A stretch of 64,000 bases of DNA from an uncultured Patescibacteria group bacterium (GTDB lineage: Bacteria; Patescibacteriota; Microgenomatia; UBA1400; PJMF01). The DNA is taken from contig CAJQIG010000005.1 in the NCBI GenBank assembly GCA_905478415.1, positions 1,598 to 65,597 on the forward strand, given 5' to 3'. Of this stretch, positions 19,592-28,693 are shown piece by piece; position 1 is the stretch's first letter, and every line of letters starts with the position of its first letter. A program made the position numbers and the translations under genes. Below the pieces are notes generated by a model. The model saw only the letters and a list, made by a program, of their open reading frames with translations. It made no database searches and was not told the DNA's origin.

Positions 19592-21013
19592 CTAGTCAAG
19601 CGCGTGAGTATTCACGCCTTGAGTCCAGTCAACCTCCGGATATTTTTTAAGCATGGTTCGAAGAATAGTTTTGACATGGTCATATTGTTCTTGAGTTTTA
19701 CCTTCGAACTTGACTGTAATATAGGGACCATTCTGTGAAGCTCTGATAATAGCCATTTCATTTTGGGTATCCATACGGATACCATCGATGTCGATATATT
19801 TTGCATCTGGCCATTGGGCTTTAAACTCATCCTTTATTTTTGTTTGGATGAACTCAAATTTTATATCATCAGCTAAGCCGAACTTTATCTCTGGACTCGA
19901 GATATAGACGGAAAGTTGTCCGGCGGCTTCAGAGAGGGTTTGCTTTTTTCTTTCGAGGTATTGAAGCAGTCTCAAACTAGCGTAGGCGCCATCATCATGA
20001 CCGTAGAAGTTATCCATAAAGAAAATATGTCCAGAAAGCTCTCCTCCAAAGGGAGCGCGGACCTCTTTTAGTTTGGCTTTGATAAAAGAGTGGCCGGTCA
20101 TCCACATGACTGGATCGCCACCAGATTTTTCGATAGCTTCAGTTACTTGTCGTGAGCAGAGCGTGTTATAGACAATTTTTGAACCCGGCATGAAATCAAG
20201 CACGTCTTGTGCAAACAGTGCTACGATCGAGTCCATCCAAAGTACTTGACCTTTTTCGTCAACAACAGCCATGCGATCACCATCAGTGTCATAGGCAAAG
20301 CCAATATCAGCTCCAGCTTTTTTAACACCAACAGCGAGTCTATCGAGAACCTCAACTTCTGTTGGATCTGGAACTCCCATTGGGAAGTTACCGTCGAGTT
20401 CTGTATTTTGTTCGACCACCTCGCAACCCATGGCTCTAAAAATTTCAGGGTAAAATTTTCCTGAGGTGGTGTTACAAGCATCGATGACAATTTTCCACTT
20501 TTTTTGTAAGTCAAAGTGTTTAATGATATCGGCTTTATAGGCTGGAAAGACATCTTCTTCTCTATTGGTTCCTTTGCCTTCTACAAACTCACCTTTGTCA
20601 CAGAGTTCGCGTAAATACTGAATTTCTTCAGTAATCATGGTGTCAGAATAACCAACACCAAGTTTGAGTCCATTGAATTCTTTTGGGTTGTGAGAGGCGG
20701 TAACCATGGCGCCACCTTTTGTTTTAAATTCATATGAAGAAAAATACACGATTTGACTCAAAGACAATCCCATGTCGATGGTATCAATACCGCCGTCATT
20801 GAGACCGGCAATGAAAGCCTTTGAGTAGACTTCTCCAGTTAATCGATTATCTCTACCAATAGTAGCTTCTTGAATTCTTCTTTGGTGTAAGAAGGTAGCG
20901 TATGCTCGGCCGAGTGTGTAGTAGACATCTTCGCTCAGGTCCACATCAGCAACTCCGCGGAGGTCATAGCCCCTAAAAATTTTAGGATTTATTTTGGAAA
21001 CTAATTTGTACAT
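19592..21013 (-). CDS. Phosphomannomutase/phosphoglucomutase (alpha-D-phosphohexomutase)
   Basis: Active-site motif GGAMVTASHNPKEFNGLKLG (phosphoserine loop T-A-S-H-N-P). Mg-binding FAYDTDGDR. Sugar-binding GGELSGHIFF. Confidence 0.88.
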   Translation of the reverse strand: MYKLVSKINPKIFRGYDLRGVADVDLSEDVYYTLGRAYATFLHQRRIQEATIGRDNRLTGEVYSKAFIAGLNDGGIDTIDMGLSLSQIVYFSSYEFKTKGGAMVTASHNPKEFNGLKLGVGYSDTMITEEIQYLRELCDKGEFVEGKGTNREEDVFPAYKADIIKHFDLQKKWKIVIDACNTTSGKFYPEIFRAMGCEVVEQNTELDGNFPMGVPDPTEVEVLDRLAVGVKKAGADIGFAYDTDGDRMAVVDEKGQVLWMDSIVALFAQDVLDFMPGSKIVYNTLCSRQVTEAIEKSGGDPVMWMTGHSFIKAKLKEVRAPFGGELSGHIFFMDNFYGHDDGAYASLRLLQYLERKKQTLSEAAGQLSVYISSPEIKFGLADDIKFEFIQTKIKDEFKAQWPDAKYIDIDGIRMDTQNEMAIIRASQNGPYITVKFEGKTQEQYDHVKTILRTMLKKYPEVDWTQGVNTHALD

Positions 21014-21078
21014 ACGAGTCCTTTCGTGCCGAAGTTGGCTCCAAGAATTTTTTTGTATGATAAAGTATGATACTTAAT

Positions 21079-21759
21079 TTACACCCCTAGCGTGAAAAGA
21101 TCAAGCTGGGATTGTAATGGCAAGGCTAGCCGGGAGGTTTTTGCTTTTTCATCAAGCTCAACCAATTTGGTATGAAGATGTATGAGTTGTGTTTCAGTGA
21201 AATTGTGTGCTTGTTTTTTGTACTTTGAGACCATAAACGGGGGTCCTTTAATGGTGCCACCTGTTTTTGCTAAGAGGAGTAAGCGAATATGGCGAACTAA
21301 CATCAAAAAACAAAGGTACTCACCATCTTTGAGGATGGCCTCATGTAAAAGGGAAAGTTTTTTTTGAGGATTTCCCTGTGATCCAAAGAGGTCTAGCCAA
21401 GCAAATAAAGCATTGCTGGTTTTGAACTCAGATGCTTGTGCTTGAGGGAATTTTTTTAACATTGTTGGGGTCAGTGCTCTTTTTTCCCAAAGGATGACTT
21501 CGTGTGGTGTTTCTTGTTCTAACAGACTCAAGAGTTCCTTTTTGCGGGCTGAGGTTGGGAGTGAATGCAGCGCTTCAATGACAATCCCCTTTTGTGTTCC
21601 AAAAAGATCACTCTCTCCCAGTGCCGATTCAAGTTCTGCTCGGGAAAGTGGCTTGGCATCAAAACGAACAACTTTTTTACCCTGTTCTTTGAGATTTGAT
21701 AGGTGTGAAGTTAGTTTTTCTCTGGAGGCTACGATGTTATCACCGTGTAAAATAATCAT
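21079..21759 (-). CDS. Possible DNA polymerase III delta subunit-like protein (short form)
   Basis: The N-terminus MIILHGDNIVASREKL resembles HolA N-termini (MIYLLYGED.f...). Confidence is weak and rests only on this pattern and the size. Confidence 0.35.
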   Translation of the reverse strand: MIILHGDNIVASREKLTSHLSNLKEQGKKVVRFDAKPLSRAELESALGESDLFGTQKGIVIEALHSLPTSARKKELLSLLEQETPHEVILWEKRALTPTMLKKFPQAQASEFKTSNALFAWLDLFGSQGNPQKKLSLLHEAILKDGEYLCFLMLVRHIRLLLLAKTGGTIKGPPFMVSKYKKQAHNFTETQLIHLHTKLVELDEKAKTSRLALPLQSQLDLFTLGV

Positions 21760-21798
21760 AGATTGAGTCTATTGAGTGGCACTGTATCTTAGCATAGA

Positions 21799-22515
21799 TC
21801 ATGAAAGGGAGAGCCCATTTCGTTTTAACCAGCCTCTTTTAATTCTGTACTCTGGATCGAATCTTTCAACCAGACTCCAAAACTTGCCTGAGTGGTCCAT
21901 ATGTGTTCGGTGCGCAAGTTCGTGGATAATGACATAGTCAATAATGGGTGGTTCAAAATGGGCCAGCCGCCAATTGAAGTTGAGGTTTCCTTTTGAACTG
22001 CAACTTCCCCACCGGGTTTTCTGTTCTTTAAGCGTAATGGCTTCGTAGGTGGTATCCATTTTTTTAGCTAGAGTTTTGGTTCTCGGCAGAATATAGCTCT
22101 GAGCGGTTCGTTTGAGGAACCGATCAATGTTTGTATGGTAGCTTTTAGTAAGTTCTTCGGCCGAATTAAGTTCTAAGGAGAGGGCTGAATTATGGAGAAT
22201 GGTGTCTCCTTGGATATGGATACCCAGAGGAATTTCTTTTGAAAAGACATCCTGGCGTTGGTATTTTTTTCCAAAGATAACGACGCTAGTGTCAGTCACA
22301 ATATTTTTCTGAACGGAAGCAATTTTTCTTTTTTGGAGTTCAATCCAGTGCGAATTGGTTTGGATAAATCGATCGGCTAAAAACTTAGGAGTAAAAGGGG
22401 GCGTGGTGAGAATAACTTCGCCAGTACCTGACACGCTAATCTTGAGTGATTTTGAGCGTGCATTTTTTTTATGAGTGTAGGTTATTTTTGCCATTTCCTT
22501 AGAAAAGTGTCTCAA
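21799..22515 (-). CDS. YgjP/DUF45-family zinc metallohydrolase (WLM/SprT-like HExxH)
   Basis: The C-terminal motif ...YVIIHELAHRTHMDHSGKFWSLVERFDPEYRIKRGWLKRNG is the DUF45 signature (HELaHl.h.nHs..FW.lv...P.....WL). Confidence 0.7.
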   Translation of the reverse strand: MRHFSKEMAKITYTHKKNARSKSLKISVSGTGEVILTTPPFTPKFLADRFIQTNSHWIELQKRKIASVQKNIVTDTSVVIFGKKYQRQDVFSKEIPLGIHIQGDTILHNSALSLELNSAEELTKSYHTNIDRFLKRTAQSYILPRTKTLAKKMDTTYEAITLKEQKTRWGSCSSKGNLNFNWRLAHFEPPIIDYVIIHELAHRTHMDHSGKFWSLVERFDPEYRIKRGWLKRNGLSLS

Positions 22516-23017
22516 CTAATGACACAAAGTCTATCATACTCACATAGTTTTGGAGTATGGGAGTAAAGATCAGGAAGGCCATGGAGATAATGAGATCGAG
22601 TGTGGGTCCTGTTTCTCTACGAACATTATGGAGTCGGAGTGCCAGTAAAAAGTAAATTACTGTGGTGATAGCGATCATAGCCGCCATAACACTCAGTTGA
22701 TTTACTTCTTGGGAAGTCACCAGTTTGAGGTCGAGTTTTGTATTGAGTTCAGGATAGGTTACCACTACAAAGACAATCGCATCATAGACACCTTTGACTC
22801 CATATGCTGTCAACAACACAGTTAAAATTCGATTCCAGTAATAGACAAGTTTAGCAACTGCACCTTCTATTTGAAGTCGAGTCATTCTTTTTTTGACTTG
22901 CTGTTCTTGCTCTGCTTGGATTGTTTCTTGGTCCTGAAGTGTGGGGGCTGGTGTTGTCACAGGTGGGACTGGGGTGGTTGGAAGTATTTGTTCGGCTTGT
23001 ATCATGATCTCTCCCAA
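22499..23017 (-). CDS. Hypothetical membrane protein with a Pro/Thr-rich N-terminus
   Basis: A 172-aa ORF with an N-terminal PTTPVPPVTTPAPT low-complexity segment, then three or four hydrophobic helices. Confidence 0.4.
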   Translation of the reverse strand: MGEIMIQAEQILPTTPVPPVTTPAPTLQDQETIQAEQEQQVKKRMTRLQIEGAVAKLVYYWNRILTVLLTAYGVKGVYDAIVFVVVTYPELNTKLDLKLVTSQEVNQLSVMAAMIAITTVIYFLLALRLHNVRRETGPTLDLIISMAFLIFTPILQNYVSMIDFVSLVETLF

Positions 23018-23081
23018 CTATAACAAATAATGCTTTTGGTGTACAATACCCCCATTGTGGAGATTTATCTCTATGAAATGT

Positions 23082-23166
23082 GCCGAAGTGGCGGAATTGG
23101 TAGACGCGCACGGTTTAGGACCGTGTAGAGCAATCTGTGGAGGTTCAAGTCCTCTCTTCGGCACCA
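23082..23166 (+). tRNA. tRNA-Leu (anticodon TAG), type II long variable arm, CCA encoded
   Basis: Cloverleaf read by eye. Acceptor GCCGAAG/CTTCGGC. Anticodon stem CACGG/CCGTG with loop TTTAGGA. Long variable arm. T-arm GGAGG-TTCAAGT-CCTCT. 3' end ACCA. Confidence 0.85.
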
Positions 23167-23256
23167 AAATAAAGAGACTTTACGTACGTGGGGTCTCTTT
23201 TTATAGCGGTTTACATATCTGTGTTATTATTGACATTTTTACTATAGGATGTTATA

Positions 23257-23499
23257 ATGATGGTTCTCTGTTTAACACGGAGTGGCTGTTTAATGTATCT
23301 GTTCAATTTTTTTCTGGAGGGAAAAGTGGCAACAAGAATGTTCGTATTCGCTTTGTTAGGAGCAATTGTGATGGCACTCTTATATGGTTTGCTCATAATT
23401 GCTTCTCCAGTACTTATTGGGAATCCTGTGACTCAAATGCTCATTGCTGCGCTTATTGGAGCGGTTATTGGGGCAATTGCAGGGACTTTAAAGATTTAA
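23257..23499 (+). CDS. Small hydrophobic membrane protein, two TM helices. The real start may be the internal Met MFVFALLG.
   Basis: An 80-aa ORF. Its C-terminal half is glycine-zipper-like (LIAALIGAVIGAIAGTL). A strong intrinsic terminator follows it. Confidence 0.4.
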   Translation: MMVLCLTRSGCLMYLFNFFLEGKVATRMFVFALLGAIVMALLYGLLIIASPVLIGNPVTQMLIAALIGAVIGAIAGTLKI

Positions 23500-23511
23500 A
23501 CAGTTCTCATT

Positions 23512-23540
23512 GGCCGCCTTTTTAGGCGGCCACTTTTTTT
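23512..23540 (+). terminator. Rho-independent terminator (GGCCGCC-ttttta-GGCGGCC + T7)
   Basis: A perfect 7-bp GC stem followed by TTTTTTT, directly after the 23257..23499 ORF. Confidence 0.7.
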
Positions 23541-23561
23541 ATACATACGCATACTAGGTAC

Positions 23562-23593
23562 AAAAAAATCCGCCTTGAAAGCGGATTCTTTTG
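23562..23593. terminator. Bidirectional terminator hairpin (AATCCGC-cttgaaa-GCGGATT). An A-run lies upstream and a T-run downstream.
   Basis: Stem plus flanking A7/T4 runs. It could terminate both the + strand small gene and the - strand 23726..24427 gene. Confidence 0.55.
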
Positions 23594-23725
23594 TCTCAGA
23601 ACGTGAATCCCGGTGAGGATAAACCTTCTGAGGTATTAAGATAATATCAAATTATTATAAGATTGTCAATAGGAATAAAAAAGTATCATACCATATCAGA
23701 TCGATAAAAAATATGGGAGTTTTAT

Positions 23726-24427
23726 TTAGAGTTGTGGCTCGATTTGTCCAGAACCTGATCCTTCAGAAGTAAACTCGAGGAGATAAGCACTATCAGCTTT
23801 GTTTTCTTGCCCGAGAACTCGATCATCGTAGCGCATTTCTGACATCCATTGATTAACTGATCGAGCCCAGGAACCATCACTGCTGGGTGTGTACTTCTTC
23901 ATAATTAGTTCAGGAGTGACTCGACCTTGGTCAATATAGTAAGCTTTGAGTTCTCTCGCTGCTCTCTCAAAGTTAGCTTCGTAGCTCTCAAATCCTAAAG
24001 TACCGCGTTCATGAATACCAAAGCCAAGACAATTATATGAGCCTGGAGGGATTCTCTTGCAGAGATTACTCTCTTGCATGGCAATTGCAGGCAAAAGTCT
24101 GAAGTCGATATCGTATCGGTCTGCGATTTCGACAATAGCTACACCATAGTAATCATATGGCTTCAGGGGGGAGTTATAGCGCTCTAAAAAGTTAGCAATG
24201 ATCAGTGGGCGGGCGTCGCCAGCTTCCAAGTAGGTTTTGAATTCGAGGTTATCTTCGTAATCAGCAACATCGTCGAGTGATGTCTCGACAACTTTGATAC
24301 CACTCATCTCAGAAGTAAAGTCTAAAAAATCTGGATTTATAGAATAAAAATTATATCCAGCTATGACGGTTAAAATCATTCCTGTGGCTAGAAATATCCA
24401 TGAAAATGCGTAAAATAAAGACTTCAT
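23726..24427 (-). CDS. Membrane-anchored lytic transglycosylase (SLT-domain)-like protein
   Basis: N-terminal TM. LLPAIAMQESNLCK resembles the SLT catalytic-Glu motif (A.a.qES.f). Confidence 0.45.
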   Translation of the reverse strand: MKSLFYAFSWIFLATGMILTVIAGYNFYSINPDFLDFTSEMSGIKVVETSLDDVADYEDNLEFKTYLEAGDARPLIIANFLERYNSPLKPYDYYGVAIVEIADRYDIDFRLLPAIAMQESNLCKRIPPGSYNCLGFGIHERGTLGFESYEANFERAARELKAYYIDQGRVTPELIMKKYTPSSDGSWARSVNQWMSEMRYDDRVLGQENKADSAYLLEFTSEGSGSGQIEPQL

Positions 24428-24498
24428 ATGGTGTGATTAACTAAGGTACTACTCGGATAGTATACCAGCTGTATGCACCTAGACAAACGAAGAGTCTT

Positions 24499-25557
24499 TT
24501 GATATCCTATAATAGTATGAAACTATATACCAGTTTAGCTCGTATTGCCTTTTCACTGACTCTAGTGGTGAGTCTTTTCGTGGCTACTCTTTCTCAAGTT
24601 GCTGCAGTTGCTTCAATTCCAGCAGGTATTCATATTCTTCGTATTGAAGAAGTGACTGAGGCGGCAGAGCTGACTCAGGACATGGGAGTTGATGATGTGT
24701 GGACCTATGTCACCATTCCGTTTACTTTAGCAGACCTCGATCGGCCGCAAGAATGGCAAGACTTTTTTGATACCGCAGCTTCTAAAAAAATGATTCCACT
24801 TGTTCGCTTAACAACAGCATTTGAAGATGAATCCTGGAATGTGCCAACTAAGAAAAATATTGTTGATCAAATTACTTTTCTTTCAAAGTTACAGTGGCCA
24901 ACTGACAAAAAGCATATTATCGTTTTTAACGAAGTCAATCACTCTAAAGAATGGGGAGGCACTGTTGATCCGGAAGAATATGCGAGACTTTTTGCGTTTA
25001 CTGCAAACTGGGCCCATACCGAAGAACAAAACTTTGTGGTGTTGCCTGCAGCACTTGATTTAGCGGCTCCGAATGGTCGTAGCACAGTAGAAGCCTTCAC
25101 CTTTCTTTCTCAAATGGAAGCGTCCCATCCCGATGTACTTTTACTCGCTGATGCTTGGAACTCACATTCCTATCCAAATCCTGGTTTTTCAGCTTCTCCA
25201 CAACGAAGTGGGCAAAACTCTCTGAGTGGTTTTAAGCTAGAACTCGCATGGTTGCAAGAACATACTGGCAAGGAGTTTCAAGTGTATATAACTGAGACTG
25301 GTTGGGATGTTTCTGGTTCACTCGATCGCTGGATGGCCTCTTATTATCAATATGCAGTCAGTCATATTTGGAGTGATCCGTCTGTTGTGGCTGTGACGCC
25401 TTTCATTTTACAAGGTTCACCAGGCCCTTTTTCAGGCTTCAGCTTTTTGGATGAAACGGGGGAGCCAACAACACAGTATGTTGCTTATCAAAAGGCATTG
25501 AAAAATCACTATGCACCTTCAGACTTTCTGTTAGCAAAAATACAAGTAATTGAGTAA
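24499..25557 (+). CDS. Secreted glycoside hydrolase, clan GH-A-like (GH5-like (beta/alpha)8)
   Basis: A signal peptide. IVFNEVNHSKEWGG is an NEP-type acid/base motif (here NEV). VYITETGWD is the ITE nucleophile motif of clan GH-A. Confidence 0.5.
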   Translation: MISYNSMKLYTSLARIAFSLTLVVSLFVATLSQVAAVASIPAGIHILRIEEVTEAAELTQDMGVDDVWTYVTIPFTLADLDRPQEWQDFFDTAASKKMIPLVRLTTAFEDESWNVPTKKNIVDQITFLSKLQWPTDKKHIIVFNEVNHSKEWGGTVDPEEYARLFAFTANWAHTEEQNFVVLPAALDLAAPNGRSTVEAFTFLSQMEASHPDVLLLADAWNSHSYPNPGFSASPQRSGQNSLSGFKLELAWLQEHTGKEFQVYITETGWDVSGSLDRWMASYYQYAVSHIWSDPSVVAVTPFILQGSPGPFSGFSFLDETGEPTTQYVAYQKALKNHYAPSDFLLAKIQVIE

Positions 25558-25612
25558 TTAATTTATACACTATCTTGACAGAAGTAAGAAAAAATCATAT
25601 AGTTGCCCTACC

Positions 25613-26425
25613 ATGGGAAAAAAACGCCTTACCATTACCCTTTCCGAAGAAATTGTTAAGAAAGTTGACAAGTATATCGATGGTGTCCAAATTCGAAACC
25701 GTTCGCACGCAATTGAAAGTCTGTTAGAACAGAGTTTCTCCCCTTCTATTGATACAGCCGTAATTTTAGCTGGTGGCCTTGAAGCCACAAAGGATAGTCC
25801 AGCTCTCAAAAAAATGAGTGATCGCTACGTGTTAGCAATTACTTTAGAAAAACTCCGTGACGTTGGTATTGACCAAGTTGTGATCTGTGCGGGTCAACTG
25901 ACCCCTCAAATTAAGGCCATTTTTGGTTCTGGAGCAAGCTATGGTGTCGACTTAGTCTACACAGAGGAACAAGAGCCTCTGGGGACGGCTGGGGCCCTTA
26001 AATTAGCTGAACGTTATCTTGTTGGCGAGCCATTTTTAGTGATTCATGCTGATGTGCTCAGTGATTTAGATTTTGGATCACTTGTTGAGTTCCATTTGAG
26101 TGAGAATACTTTGGCTACGATTGCCGTTAAACCAGCGATGGGTACGAAAGAGTATGGTCACGTGTACTTAGCAGGAAATAGAATTGTAGAGTTTTCAGAT
26201 TCAAGTGAAAAAAAAGGTATCAGTATTATTAATACTGGTATGTATGTGCTTGGTCCAGAAGTTTTAGACGCAATTGCTCCTCATTCTAAACTCTACTTAG
26301 AAAAAGATATTTTTCCACAACTAGCAGCTACGGGTGAATTAAGTGCATTCTTATTTCAGGGCTACTGGTTTGATGTTACTAAAGATACGACCTTTGCTGA
26401 AGCTGCTGATGCTTGGGAACTGTAG
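25613..26425 (+). CDS. Fusion protein: an N-terminal ribbon-helix-helix (CopG/NikR-like) DNA-binding domain plus a sugar-nucleotidyltransferase-fold domain with a degenerate G-rich loop
   Basis: The N-terminus MGKKRLTITLSEEIVKKVDKYIDGVQIRNRSHAIESLLEQSF is a textbook RHH (the KRLTITL beta-strand and the RSHAIESLL helix). It is followed by AVILAGGLEATKD... and ...EPLGTAGALKLAERYLVGEPFLVIHADVLSDLDF..., which is the NTP_transferase fold. The canonical GGxGTRL has become GGLEATKD. Confidence 0.6.
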   Translation: MGKKRLTITLSEEIVKKVDKYIDGVQIRNRSHAIESLLEQSFSPSIDTAVILAGGLEATKDSPALKKMSDRYVLAITLEKLRDVGIDQVVICAGQLTPQIKAIFGSGASYGVDLVYTEEQEPLGTAGALKLAERYLVGEPFLVIHADVLSDLDFGSLVEFHLSENTLATIAVKPAMGTKEYGHVYLAGNRIVEFSDSSEKKGISIINTGMYVLGPEVLDAIAPHSKLYLEKDIFPQLAATGELSAFLFQGYWFDVTKDTTFAEAADAWEL

Positions 26426-26427
26426 GA

Positions 26428-26871
26428 TTACAGCCATTGGTTAAATAGGTAGGCAGTAGTTATCAGCGTGACAATAGTCACACATTGCCAAAACAGTTGA
26501 TACACAAACCAAACAGAATCATTGTGAAACAAGGTGAATCCACGCATTTTTTTTGGTGGATTTCTTTCTATCGTAGAAAACTGCTGCAGGAACCAATAGA
26601 GTATCTCTCCCCCACTCCTGACTAGCCAGAATGTTGAAACAAGTAAAAGGAAGAGTACCCAATCTTGCAAAAGAAGTGAACTGAGTGCCGCCAGTGTCCA
26701 AAAAGGGCCAACTACTGTTGCATCTCCCCAAACAAAAATGCCGAGCCAAAAAAGAGCAGGTGTATCTCCCAGTGCATTTTTTTCTTGGGCGGATTGGTAG
26801 AAGCCTTTGATGGAAATGACGAGAGTAGTAATTGTAAAGACGAGTAGTAGTCCGGTTTGGAGTGGATGCAT
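26428..26871 (-). CDS. Hypothetical integral membrane protein (Trp-rich)
   Basis: A 147-aa ORF with four predicted TM helices. No motif recognised. Confidence 0.4.
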   Translation of the reverse strand: MHPLQTGLLLVFTITTLVISIKGFYQSAQEKNALGDTPALFWLGIFVWGDATVVGPFWTLAALSSLLLQDWVLFLLLVSTFWLVRSGGEILYWFLQQFSTIERNPPKKMRGFTLFHNDSVWFVYQLFWQCVTIVTLITTAYLFNQWL

Positions 26872-26954
26872 AGTTGATGAGGTTTATTTTACCAGATTAG
26901 TGGTAGTGCTCTTTTTAGTACAAAACCGTCAACAAGTGTCGACGGTTTATTTTG

Positions 26955-27026
26955 AGCGGGAGACGGGGTTCGAACCCGCGACCTCTTCCTTGGCAAGGAA
27001 GCGCTCTACCACTGAGCTACTCCCGC
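26955..27026 (-). tRNA. tRNA-Gly (anticodon GCC)
   Basis: The reverse complement reads GCGGGAGTAGCTCAGTGGTAGAGCGCTTCCTTGCCAAGGAAGAGGTCGCGGGTTCGAACCCCGTCTCCCGCT. The anticodon loop is TTGCCAA. Confidence 0.88.
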
Positions 27027-27293
27027 AGATGTTGATCTAACATTCAGAATTATACAACCTGATGCTGATCTTGTGAATAAGTGTCTGAGGTCGTATAGTA
27101 CACATATGAACAGAAATCCCCTCACATCACCAGAAATGAACCGACAAATGGGCAAAGCTACCGATAATGGGCTTAAGTTTTTCTTCAAGTGGTTTGGGAT
27201 TGCAGTTACAGAACTTGTTAAGTTTATTAAAGTGTTGGTTTCTTCAGCAATGGGAAAATAATTTTTTTCAAAAATTTTTCAAATAAAGATGTG

Positions 27294-27366
27294 TGCCAAG
27301 TTCAGGAATCGAACCTGAATCTCATGTTTTTCAGACATGCGCCGTAACCACCTTGGCTAACTTGGC
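27294..27366 (-). tRNA. tRNA-Phe (anticodon GAA)
   Basis: The reverse complement reads GCCAAGTTAGCCAAGGTGGTTACGGCGCATGTCTGAAAAACATGAGATTCAGGTTCGATTCCTGAACTTGGCA. The anticodon loop is CTGAAAA. Confidence 0.85.
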
Positions 27367-27399
27367 ATCTTTGTATCAAGAAAAGATACTTTTTTTCTG

Positions 27400-27472
27400 T
27401 GGAATGTAAGGGACTCGAACCCCTGACCCTTCGGATGTAAGCCGAATGCTCTACCAACTGAGCTAACATTCC
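27400..27472 (-). tRNA. tRNA-Val (anticodon TAC)
   Basis: The reverse complement reads GGAATGTTAGCTCAGTTGGTAGAGCATTCGGCTTACATCCGAAGGGTCAGGGGTTCGAGTCCCTTACATTCCA. The anticodon loop is CTTACAT. Confidence 0.88.
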
Positions 27473-27479
27473 ATTTTTG

Positions 27480-27560
27480 TGCCCAGGAGAGGAGTTGAAC
27501 CTCCACACCTTGCGGCATACGCACCTCAAGCGTACGTGTATACCATTTCACCACCTGGGC
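27480..27560 (-). tRNA. tRNA-Leu (anticodon GAG), long variable arm
   Basis: The reverse complement reads GCCCAGGTGGTGAAATGGTATACACGTACGCTTGAGGTGCGTATGCCGCAAGGTGTGGAGGTTCAACTCCTCTCCTGGGCA. The anticodon loop is TTGAGGT. Confidence 0.8.
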
Positions 27561-27662
27561 ACTTTTAAAAGAGCATGTAGTGTGTGAAATCACAGACTAC
27601 AAGGCTTGTATTATAAAATACTTTCACCTTTTTCGGAAGTACGGCTTCTGCCGATTTTCAGG

Positions 27663-27750
27663 TGGTGCCAGAGATGGGAGTCGAACCCATACGCCCGTAA
27701 TTGAGCACTAGTTCCTGAAACTAGCCTGTCTACCATTTCAGCACTCTGGC
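27663..27750 (-). tRNA. tRNA-Leu (anticodon CAG), long variable arm, CCA encoded
   Basis: The reverse complement reads GCCAGAGTGCTGAAATGGTAGACAGGCTAGTTTCAGGAACTAGTGCTCAATTACGGGCGTATGGGTTCGACTCCCATCTCTGGCACCA. The anticodon loop is TTCAGGA. Confidence 0.8.
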
Positions 27751-27809
27751 AATAAAAAGTATTGTACCTTTTTTTTACCTTTTTTCTAGTTCTAAGGGAA
27801 CAATAAAAA

Positions 27810-28499
27810 CTATTTTCGATTAATGGTTTCAAATTTTCGTTGAAAAGCTTCGATAATAATGTCGCGAGATTGTTTAAAATCAAAATAGGTTGTATTGATG
27901 GTCAGATCATATGAGTTAACTTTTTTAGGATCTTTTTTGAAGTACTGTTTGACAAATTCTCGACGTTCTTTTTCTACTTTAGCAATAACCTCTTTGGCTT
28001 TTGCTAGGTTGTGTCCTTCATAATCAATAGCTCTTTGAACTCTGACTTTGTAGGGAGCGGTGATGTTGACGTGCAGGCCCTTACCAAACGGAGTAATAAA
28101 ATTAGCTCCACGACCTAAGATGACGCACTTGCCTTGATAGGCATAGGCGAGCACGACTTTGATTAGTTCAGAGACATAGGCAGAATCATCAATATACTCA
28201 ACATTTAAGACTGAGTGGACGATATCTTCGATTTTCGAGCGGTTTTTCTCGTCAACAGCTTTAATAATTTCTTTTCGTCTTTTTGTTGAGGAAGCAATTT
28301 GGTCAATAATTTGTTCGTCTATGAGTTCAAAGCCAAGTTTTTGAGCTACCGCTTCAGCAATGGGGGCGCCACCACTCCCTGGTTCGCGGGCAATGGTAAT
28401 GAAGGGTTTTGTAAAAGAGTGCTCGGGGTTAAGAGCTGATTCTTTGAGATGAAAAAACTGTAAGGCCTTATTAATGAGGGGGTAATAACGTGTGTCCAT
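27810..28499 (-). CDS. Cytidylate-kinase-like family protein (P-loop, Cytidylate_kin2-type)
   Basis: FITIAREPGSGGAPIAEAVAQKLGFELIDEQII matches the cytidylate kinase-like family N-terminus (ItIsRe.GSGG..ia..la..Lg....D.eii). Confidence 0.55.
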   Translation of the reverse strand: MDTRYYPLINKALQFFHLKESALNPEHSFTKPFITIAREPGSGGAPIAEAVAQKLGFELIDEQIIDQIASSTKRRKEIIKAVDEKNRSKIEDIVHSVLNVEYIDDSAYVSELIKVVLAYAYQGKCVILGRGANFITPFGKGLHVNITAPYKVRVQRAIDYEGHNLAKAKEVIAKVEKERREFVKQYFKKDPKKVNSYDLTINTTYFDFKQSRDIIIEAFQRKFETINRK

Positions 28500-28620
28500 A
28501 GAACTATTATACCTACTTTCTACAAAAAACCAGGTCGAGTTCGCTTCTTTTTCGGAACTTTCATTTAGTGGTATAATATAATTTCTGGGTGTAAAAGCCC
28601 TGTCCTTTTTACTTTATTTT

Positions 28621-28693
28621 GCGCCAGTAGCTCAGCGGATAGAGCACCGGTCTTCGGAACCGGGTGTCGGGGGTTCGAATCCCTCCTGGCGCA
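28621..28693 (+). tRNA. tRNA-Arg (anticodon TCG)
   Basis: GCGCCAGTAGCTCAGCGGATAGAGCACCGGTCTTCGGAACCGGGTGTCGGGGGTTCGAATCCCTCCTGGCGCA. The anticodon loop is CTTCGGA. Confidence 0.88.

Noticed and set aside
23055-23525. 156-aa + strand ORF overlapping tRNA-Leu(TAG)
   Set aside because: It runs straight through a clear tRNA gene and a terminator. The downstream 80-aa membrane ORF (23257..23499) in a different frame is more plausible.
27302-27593. ORFs 27302..27529 and 27357..27593 (minus strand)
   Set aside because: Both lie entirely on top of the tRNA-Phe/Val/Leu cluster, so they are artefacts of tRNA sequence.
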